Source of the DNA: Octopus sinensis
Lineage: Eukaryota
DNA length: 64,000 bases
Reading direction: 5' to 3'
NCBI RefSeq assembly: GCF_006345805.1
Contig: NC_043015.1
Span: forward strand, 32,612,001 to 32,676,000
The notes beneath the pieces are model-generated. The model worked only from the letters and a program-made list of their open reading frames with translations. It was not told where the DNA came from and made no database searches. This document shows positions 53,806 to 64,000 of this stretch, in pieces. The translations under genes were made by a program, and so were the position numbers. Numbering within the stretch: the stretch's first letter is position 1; every line of letters starts with the position of its first letter.

Positions 53806-54125
53806 GGCGCGGGCGTGGCTGTGTGGAAACAAGTTTGCTTCCCAACCACATGGTTTCGGGTTCAGGCCCACTGTATGGCACCCTCGGCAATTGTCTTTTA
53901 CTATAGCCCCATGCCGACCAAAGCCTTCTAAGTGGATTGGTACATGGAAACTGTAAGACGCCCTCTCGTGTGTGTGTGTATGTATGTATGTATGTATGTA
54001 TATATACGTGTGTGTCTGTGTGTCCTTGTGTCTATATTTATCCCCCAACACTCACCGTTTGACAACCAGCGTTGGTGTGTTTACGTCCCTGTAACTTAGT
54101 TGTCCAGCAAGAGAGACGGATAGGA
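53806..54125 (+). mobile_element. SINE family B, diverged
   Basis: GGCGCGGGCGTGGCTGTGTGG head, CCCTCGGCAATTGTCTT CORE-like segment, internal (TATG)n. Confidence 0.8.
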
Positions 54126-54456
54126 TGACTTCCAGTTAAGAACTTGTGGGTTGATGTAATAGACTCACACCCTCATTCCTCCAAATTTGCTGCCTGCCAT
54201 CCTTCCAAGATCGACGAAATAAGCAATGGGCCGATGTAATAGACTCCCCCCCCCTCCTGGCGGGGAGTTGGTCGATTACATCGACCCAAGGTTTCGTCCC
54301 TATAGTAGAACGGATAATTATAAACATTATTATCGTTATTTTGTCGTTGTGACATGATTATTCCATAAATATCTTCAGCCCTCACAGGAACATGTATAAT
54401 ATATTTGTATGTATACTGATGGATGGATGTATTCATACACATATGACTCTCTGTCT

Positions 54457-54489
<33 letters not shown>

Positions 54490-54744
54490 CCAATCAATCA
54501 ACCAATCAATCAACCAATCAATTTGTCTATCCATCTATCAATCTCCTCTTTTCTCTATGTATGTAATATGCATATATAAACACACACACATGTACGATAT
54601 AAGCAACGCCTGAGTTGTAAATTGTCAACGTTCATGTTATATATACGTTCTCATCTAGTTTTAATTATTTGAATTCTTCCCGTAAAAATGGACGCGTCCC
54701 CCCACCCCAAAGATACAATACTCTATTGTTCAAATGTAGTTAAC

Positions 54745-55550
54745 GAAAACAATGTCTCGTGTTGAACTGGGAAAAAGTCTTGTACATTTTTATTGTTCCG
54801 CTTACAGAGTCTGTTTGTAATGTGCATGTTAAGCTGGTTGGTTTCTTTTTCTGAAAATCCCAGCTTTCCCAGATTGTCACTTAGCCTTTGATAGTAAAAA
54901 CCAAGCGCACCAATTATCATTTGGTATAAATGTGAATTTATAATCTGGGTATAAAACCTGAAGGTTTTTGAAAGAGTTGCTCGTAGCTATGCTCTTTCGT
55001 TTTGCTTTTTCGAAGGGGTATCCCCATCAGCAGGAGAACTGGCTTCTATGACTTTTTTCTTCTCTTTCCCAAACAACAATATCCAGTTTGTCATCTTCGC
55101 ATTTGATAACAGATTTGATGGTAATGTTTCATCAATATCCCTTATGTTGATGTCTATGTGTTCAATAACAGGAAGATTCTCAATATTTATTCCAGAACAG
55201 TCTTATTTTGGGATGGTATTATTTGCCAGAATTTGACTAGTTCAAAGCGCCGAGCTGGCAGAAACGTTAGCACGCCGGGCGAAATGCGTAGCCATATTTC
55301 GTCTGCCGTTACGTTATGTGTTCAAATTCCGCCGAGGCCGACTTTGCCTTTCATTCTTTCGGGGTCGATAAATTAAGTATCAGTTACGCACTGTGGTCGG
55401 TGTTATCGACTTAATCCCTTTGTCTCTCATTGTTTGTCCTCTCTGTGTTTAGCCCCTTGTGGGCATTAAAGAAATAAGAATTTGACTAGTTCTGTGTTTT
55501 GAGAGTTCGACTAACATCACGGAAGCTAGAATAGCAATTGCTATCAGCGA
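54745..55550 (-). mobile_element. Decayed RLE-type non-LTR retrotransposon (R4/NeSL-like) 3' region, interrupted by a SINE
   Basis: Frameshifted Y**NITIKSVIKCEDDKLDIVVWERE..VIEASSPAD....NLQVLYPDYKFTFIP.IIGALG...LSDNLGKLGFSEKETNQL, i.e. the (YWW)N..KPDIVVW..IE.S.P.D..IIGALG RLE pattern. Confidence 0.7.
55246..55476 (+). mobile_element. Full-length SINE family A with 16-bp TSD
   Basis: AGAATTTGACTAGTTC at 55228-55243 and 55477-55492. Confidence 0.95.
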
Positions 55551-56255
55551 TAGTCATTTTTATTTATCTTGCAAGGCAAAATACTCGTTGCAGAAGCCGT
55601 TTTGCAGTAAAACAGTTTAAGTTTAGGTGAGTTTGCCCCAGTGGGAGTTCTCATAACACAAAGGTAGATTTTCAATTTAAATATAAAACTTTAGCGACTC
55701 TTAAATAACCTACAGACATCGCATGTACTGATCGTGTTGGTATCGGTTTTGGTGTTGTAGCCGTTGTTTTTGTTGTTGTCAATATCAGCCACGATCGTGA
55801 AAATAAATAACTAAGGTATCTTACGTTAGTAAGTAAAAAGGTGTTTCTCTCATTTACAAAAGAACAAAATGAATCAGTTATTGATCTGAGCTGGAGAAAC
55901 CAGCATGATTATGGAAGAAAACGCTTAGAATGGTCTTTTAAAACTTTTTCCACATCTGCACTCCTGAAAGTGACGGCGCCCAATGTATGTATGTATGTAT
56001 GTACGTATGTATTTTTTGTGTTGTTTTTGAAATGTTGACACATGCTGGTATGACTCTTGAATGAATGTTGTAGAAACGATGGAAAATATTTAGAATCTGA
56101 CACTCTAAGACTTTTCAAACAATAGTTTAAAGGAAAAGAATGAGACATCAGTGTAAGTTGTTTCAAATTTTGGTACAAAACTAGCGAGTTCGTGGGAGGG
56201 TCTAAGTAGATTACATCGACTCCAGTGCACAATTGGCACTCATTTTATCGACCCC

Positions 56256-56449
56256 AGAAAATTCTAACTGGGCCCCACCTGCAAGGTCATGCGCTGTTTA
56301 TCTTGATATGAGATCAACATGTCGCGTACATATGGTTGTAATGCATGTGCCTAGTGTACCCTTATCAGACGGGTAGTCATGATGGGTATACTGGGCTTCA
56401 TATATTTTACCCCAGTGTCACTTTGATGGCATGCACTGCTCTCTCACTC
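56256..56449 (+). mobile_element. Second copy of the TAA-tailed non-coding repeat
   Basis: Matches the reverse complement of 16411-16610; followed by (AAT)n to about 56527. Confidence 0.8.
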
Positions 56450-56471
56450 AATAACAATAATAATAATGATG

Positions 56472-56527
<56 letters not shown>

Positions 56528-57035
56528 TCGGTTTAATTTTGGCACAAATGCAGAAATTTTGTGGGGAGGAACAAATCGATTTCATTGATAGTAGTTCTTG
56601 ATTGATACCCTATTTTACTGATCCAAAAGGATATTTCAACGGGAAGATAATAATAACAAACAAGACAACAGTATCAATAATGGCAATAACTGTAATACTG
56701 ATAACAAAAAGGAGGTGAAGGAGGAGGAGGAGAAAGAAATTGATGAAGAACAAGACAGAAGACAAACAAAGGAGAAGAAAAAATGCAAAGAAGTAAAAGA
56801 AGAGACTGTAATGTAAATGATTATTAATTTACAGTAATTACAGCAATTAATTAAAAGATGTCACAGTAGCAGAGACGCATACACGCACCCGAATATACAT
56901 ATGTATATATATAGTCATATTGCATACAAAGAAATTCAGGCACAATGACACACATATACACACACATACTCGCACACGGGCAGGCACAAATAAACACATA
57001 TACGCGCATAAATGCATAAACAGAAAGACATGCAT

Positions 57036-57093
<58 letters not shown>

Positions 57094-57169
57094 ATGTGTA
57101 GATGTATATTGATATTGATACATAGATATGTCTGTGTGGGCGTGTAAAAGTGTGTTTGGGTGTGTACTG

Positions 57170-57216
<47 letters not shown>

Positions 57217-57529
57217 CAGACAGAGAGACAGAAAGCCGCGGACAGAAACAGAAAAACCAGACACATACTCACACAGACACATATACGCACCCGTATACAT
57301 ACACAAATTAATACTAATATAATTATTGGATACACACACAAAAAAACAAGAAACTACATAAAACAAATGCAAAATATCTTACCAGAACCCTCGTTAAAAT
57401 ATATATTATATATATTATATATATATACATACATACATACATACTACATATATATTATATATATATTATATATAGCTAGCTAGATATAAATATATATATA
57501 TATACACACACCACACACACAAAACATAT

Positions 57530-57565
<36 letters not shown>

Positions 57566-57661
57566 GCAGCTAGCTAGCTAGCTAGATATAAATATATATA
57601 TATATAATATATATCTTATATAATATATATATATATATATATAATATATATATATATATAG

Positions 57662-57693
<32 letters not shown>

Positions 57694-57963
57694 GTATGTA
57701 TGCTATATATATATCACATATATATATATATATATATATATTTATTTATATATATATGTTGATATTTAACGAGGTTCTGGTAAGATTTGTTTTTCATTTG
57801 TTTTATTTTTCTTCTATACTTTTTTTGTGTGTGTATGTCCTATGATTATACTAGTATTAATTGTCTATGTATAAGGGTGCGTGCTTGTGTCCGTGTGTGT
57901 GTGTGTGAATACATGTCACGTTTATATGTATGTGTCTGGTATATATATACATATATGTGTATA

Positions 57964-57997
<34 letters not shown>

Positions 57998-58040
57998 CAG
58001 ACAAATACGTATGCATGTACATATGCACGTATGTATACGC

Positions 58041-58073
<33 letters not shown>

Positions 58074-58500
58074 ACATACACAAGCGCACACATGCACGCA
58101 CTCGTACAGACGCAAAAGAGTATGGCTTGCCCGGTGTGAAGTGTAATAAGGAATGAATTTGGCAATAAAATGGATATATCATTTGGAATGGTGTCTATGA
58201 GAAGAGTAAGATTCCCGCCAGCACCACTTCCGGTAGACTGAATTCCTTGCAGTAAGAACAATTGGTCTCCTGTCGTAAAATTGACGCTCGTCGCTATGGT
58301 CAATAAGTGAATTGATCTTTGGGGAAATTACCATGATGGATACATGCATATGTGTATGTGTACAAATATGTCTATATGCATACGTGTGTGTGTGCATATA
58401 TATATGTAGGAAATATGTATATATGTATCTCGTATGTGCATGTATACACACATATATGTGCACACACTTGTATACAGACCTGTATGTGCATGAGATAGTA

Positions 58501-58557
<57 letters not shown>

Positions 58558-58657
58558 GCATGTTGGTATACATGTATGCATACGTAAATGAATATGTGTA
58601 TATACATATGTATGCATACACACACACACACATATATATATGTATATAATATATTAT

Positions 58658-58702
<45 letters not shown>

Positions 58703-58823
58703 ATGTATATATATATATATATGTATGTAAATATGTATATATATATACATATACATGCATGTACATAATATATTATATATTACGAAACACAACACGCCAG
58801 ACTCTATGCATGCAAATCCAAAT

Positions 58824-58859
<36 letters not shown>

Positions 58860-59029
58860 GTGTGCACACGCATACACATATGACATCGACAAAAATATAT
58901 TTGCGACAGTAACAACAACACGACGAGCATGAGCACTAATAGAATCATTACCAACTCGACTATTAACTTGAACAAGAACTCCATCCCATTAAACAGATAA
59001 AATAGCAACGTCGCTGCGACTCTATGCCA

Positions 59030-59058
59030 CCGCCGTTTTCACCACCACCACCACCACC

Positions 59059-59112
<54 letters not shown>

Positions 59113-59596
59113 GCTACTACTACTGATAATAATATGAACAAGAACGTCTCTGTCAATGTCAGCAAAAAAAAATGTCGCGCACCAGAGCGCCTACCGTAAG
59201 ACACACCTATCACATGATCATTGATGACCACCACTAGGAAGTCCAACGCCCATGCAACACCTTCGAGAGTGAAGTAACCCCATTATGGCAAGCATAACTA
59301 ACACCTCCGAATACCACTTCTAGCAGCAACGGCAACAACAACAACAACTGTATGAAAAAGTAACAGAAACAATTTACGCCAACATGAGTTTCGCTACGGC
59401 AGTTCTACCGGCACCACAACCACCACCACCACCACCACCATCACCACCACCACAACCATCACAACCACCACCACAACCATCACCACCACAACCACGAAAA
59501 TCACCATGATCATCATTATCATCATCATCATCATTCAGCTAATATCACACTAAAACCAAAACCACCACCACCACCACCACTATCATCATCATCATC

Positions 59597-59645
<49 letters not shown>

Positions 59646-59712
59646 CCACCACCACCACCACCACCACCACCAATACAACCACTACCACCACCATCATCAC
59701 CACCACCATCAT

Positions 59713-59744
<32 letters not shown>

Positions 59745-60120
59745 TCATTATCATCATCATCATCATCATCAACGTCGTCGTTGTCGTCGTCATCATCATC
59801 AGCAACATTATTATCATCGTCATTAACACTCAACTCTTATTGCCTCAACTTCTAACACCAGCAACACAACTCCGCCTCCAAAACTCTGATGGTCACCCCC
59901 AAACTCCACGGGCTCCAACACCACCACCTCCATCTCCACCACCACCACCACCAGCATCATGACTATTTCCAACCCATCACTACCGCAGTCTCCATTACTC
60001 TAGTAATAAGAGCAACAATGTTATCACCACCACCACCGACAACAACAACAACAACAACAACAACAACAGCAACAACAACAACAACAACAACGCCCACAGT
60101 AACAACAATGCCAAGAACAC
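59030..60120. repeat. Cryptic (ACC/ACT/ATC/AAC)n arrays
   Basis: Read directly from the sequence. Confidence 0.9.
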
Positions 60121-60444
60121 CAATAGTAGATATTGCTAGTGACTCTACGTAATTTGTTCTCCTCCATTATTAATGTCTGCCATAAACCAATAAAGGAAAT
60201 GAAGTTACGTCGTCGCCATTGCTGAACACTTTCAGTTCAGTAATCATTTGGTCAGGGTGGACATTACTTACTTACTTCCGGTCAGATGTGTCACTTTACT
60301 GGCCAGACCACCGCGATCAGAAACACATTAAACCTACCTGTTGCGCCTTCGCTCTTCTCTCTCCGTCTTTATGTCCGACTGTTTCACCCCCTCTATACGT
60401 CCATATATGGATGTACGATTGTATATATGTATCTTGGGTGTGTG

Positions 60445-60857
60445 GCGGCGAGCTGGCAGAATCGTTAGCACGTCAGGCGAAAGGCGTAGCCGTATTTCGT
60501 CTGCCGCTACGTTCTGAGTTCAAATTCCGCCGAGGTCGACTTTGCCGTTCATCCTTTCGGGGTCGATAAATTAAGAACCAGTTACGCACTGGGGTCGATG
60601 TAATCGACTTAATCCCTTTGTCTGTCCTTGTTTTTCCTCTCTGTGTTTAGCTCCTTGTGGGTAGTAAAGAAATAGGTATTTCGTCTGCCGTTACGTTGTG
60701 AGTTCAAATTCCGCCGAGGTCGACTTTGCCTTTCATCCTTTCGGGGTCGATTAAATAAGTACCAGTTACGCACTGGGCTCGATGTAATCGACTTAATCCG
60801 TTTGTCTGTCCTTGTTTGTCCCCTCTGTGTTTAGCCCCTTGTGGGTAGTAAAGAAAT
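60445..60857 (+). mobile_element. SINE family A dimer
   Basis: Full unit 60445-60675, second unit starting GTATTTCGTCTG at 60676. Confidence 0.92.
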
Positions 60858-60910
60858 ATATATGTATCTGGGTATGTATGTGTTTATATCTGTGTGTAAG
60901 TATATATATG

Positions 60911-60946
<36 letters not shown>

Positions 60947-61009
60947 AAATATGAAAGTTTGTAGATATATGTCAAGGGCTTGTTCCGTATTACTTGCTGT
61001 TTCTATTTT

Positions 61010-61225
61010 GGTGTGTAGTATGTATGAGTGTAGCTGCTGAGTATGGCTGGTAAGTATGACTGTTGCTGGATATGTATGAATGTAGCTAGATGCGTATGAG
61101 TATAGTTTGTGAGTATGAGTGTAGCTGGTATGTATAAATGTAACTGGATGTGTATAAGTGCTGTTGGTAAGTATGAGTGCAGTTGGTAAGCATGAGTGCA
61201 GATGGATGTGTGTGAATATTGTTGG
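61010..61225. repeat. Diverged ~19-20-bp minisatellite (GTATGAGTGTAGCTGGTAA-like)
   Basis: About ten degenerate units of the GTATGAGTG...CTGG motif. Confidence 0.7.
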
Positions 61226-62350
61226 TAATAAATTCTTTCAAATTTTGGTTCAAAGCCAGAAATCGGTTTCAGGGTAAGTGGTGATGGAGCGATCGACTAC
61301 ATCGACTCCAGTTCATGACTGGTATTTTATTTTATCGACCCGAAAAAGAAAAGGGGAAAACAGAATGAAGCAAATGGGGAAGAATTAGACACATGTCCCC
61401 TCTAAACGTAAATAGGCTGAAAGGATCATGGCTTAGAGTCTATGGTAGAGCAGCTCAATCCAGAGAGGTGGGTACTTTCCAGTTCGCCGGCAACAAGTTA
61501 TCCATAAGCGGTTTCAGCGATTATAAGTATATTTCTCATAAGAAAAACGAACTACCTCCAATAAATTAGATCCCTATCCAGCAAAAAAAAAGAAAAAAAA
61601 AGCGGGGGGTTTTTTGTCCTCCTCTTTGAGCAACGCTTACTGAAAAAGCTTGAGTATCAGTGTATTACCTAAAAGGAAATGATTTATTTTAAAAAAGTCA
61701 GTTAGAAAAGAGAATAGTCCCAACAAACTAAGTTCAATTTACGCCCAGATTTTGAACAAACAAAGACTACGATGCCCAGCACCTCCAGCAACTGCTTCCG
61801 ATTGACTGAAGCCTTGTCAATGAAATTTCGGACGTAAAATCTGCATGGGGGCCTGTTCGAAGGGCCAAGCCTGTTCTTGGATACTGAGCTAAGATTCGTT
61901 GCCTTGTTGAAGTCCCGATTCTACTTTTCGGAGCCCTTAGCTGAAGACAATCGAGATAATTTCTTTCCTTTCTCCCATAAGCCACAAAGACCCTGAAAAG
62001 AATCTTCTTTTTCACTTTTGGCTAAATCATTCCTTCGCCTGCTAAACCATTTCTGCTCTCGCTAAAATATATAATAGAAAATAGATTCAATATATTCAGA
62101 GGTATATAATCCATCAATGATACACGCTTACCTACGAACGCTGGCCAGGTGTCTCTACCTCCTCCATTTTCTCTCTATCCTCCCCCTCTCTCTCTCATTT
62201 TCTCTCTCTCTCTCTCTCTCTTTATTTCTTTCTCTTTCTCTTAAATATAATTTTTAAAAGAATTTCTTACAATGAAATAGCAGGACTGCTAATTCCAACT
62301 TTCCAATTAATGACGTGTAAAATTGAAGAAAACTAATGCACACACATGAA

Positions 62351-62470
<120 letters not shown>

Positions 62471-62739
62471 CACACACGATATAAAATAAAACAAAAGACA
62501 ATACAACACATACAAATTCATTTCTGTTACTAATTTTAATCTGTCGAAAGAATATTGAAATAATTTTTTTCAAAGGAATGAATATTTCTTCTTGATGAAG
62601 GCACCACACGCCATTCCACATTCATGGAAGCCAGTTCTAGACTTTCATTTAGTACTAAAGAATGGAAATATTTCTTAATACAGACTTTTTGTCTTTCGTT
62701 GTCACGACAATATTGCGCAAATGAATGAGCTTATACATA

Positions 62740-62782
<43 letters not shown>

Positions 62783-63019
62783 GCAAACACCTATAAATAT
62801 GCGTACACGTGTATATATATATATGTGAGTGTGTGTGTAAACGCGTAAATAGATATGTACATATGTAAGTATATATGCATATAAATGTGTGTATATATAT
62901 ATATGTGTGTGTGTGTGTATCATACACACTCTCTCTCTCTTTCTCTCTCTCTCTCTATATATATATAATATATATATATCTATATACTCATACATATACA
63001 TATATATATACACATACAT

Positions 63020-63050
<31 letters not shown>

Positions 63051-63101
63051 TGCATGTACAGTTAAAAGTAGAAGTATGAGAGAGAGAAAGAGAGAGAAAG
63101 C

Positions 63102-63136
<35 letters not shown>

Positions 63137-63436
63137 GACTGGATGGAGAGGAAGTAAGAAAACATGGCGGGGACGAAGGAGGAAAACCAGAAAAATTGGA
63201 AAGCAAACGTGTAAAACAAAGTAGATTATGTCTCTGATTCGTTTGTTACTCCATAATCACATTTCATAAATATACAACACACTTCTCTGATGAACTCATT
63301 TCCGGTTTGGCTTTCTGTGGCGCTTCCTTCTATTTTCCACGTAATTGTTTCCTTCGCACAATTATTGCATACACAAATATGCACCCATCTGCATACACAT
63401 GCAATACATGCACATATATATATAAGAATTCATATG

Positions 63437-63483
<47 letters not shown>

Positions 63484-63654
63484 ATATATATCTATATATC
63501 TATCTACATATATATACATATACATATACATATATATATATATACATATACATATATTATATTATGTACATACATATATATATACAGTATTTATATATAT
63601 TTAGATATATATATATACATATCTATATTCTCTCTCTCTCTCTCTCTCTCTCTG

Positions 63655-63685
<31 letters not shown>

Positions 63686-63737
63686 ACACACAAACATACA
63701 TATATACATACATACATTCATATAGATATGTACATAC

Positions 63738-63796
<59 letters not shown>

Positions 63797-64000
63797 TTAT
63801 GTGTGTGTGTATGTGTGTGTATGTATATATATGAACTCACATATGCACAAATGTATAGAAGCAAATCTAAATTGTGACTGCTTTTATGTCGCAAACGTAG
63901 AGTGCATATTACTATTATGTATTTTGTCTCTGTCTATCTATCCTCTCTCTCTCTCTCTCTCTCTCACCTCTGCTTGCATGTATGTATGTATACGTTGATA

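Overview
Repeat-dense animal genomic DNA, almost certainly from an octopus. This is inferred from two high-copy tRNA-derived SINE families resembling the octopus OK/OR-type SINEs and from extreme microsatellite density. I found no host protein-coding exon I can support; the long ORFs in the track are translations of microsatellites or of decayed transposons. The window is a gene desert or a large intron. It contains one 100-N gap, more than 25 SINE copies (several nested, with TSDs), five restriction-like-endonuclease non-LTR retrotransposon remnants (three R4/Dong-like 3' ends at TAA/TAAA arrays, one HERO-like, one further R4/NeSL-like), two Penelope-like GIY-YIG remnants, an internally deleted mariner, a Helitron PIF1-helicase fragment, a MITE-like inverted-repeat element, a ~400-bp palindrome, and multi-kb cryptic trinucleotide arrays. 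The most interesting signals are a minimal type-I hammerhead-ribozyme-like motif in a short TA-flanked element (41.55 kb), a fossil hammerhead at the 3' end of a Penelope remnant (19.2 kb), a stack of TAA-targeted elements (14.9-18.4 kb), and a SINE junction that recurs at the same nucleotide three times.
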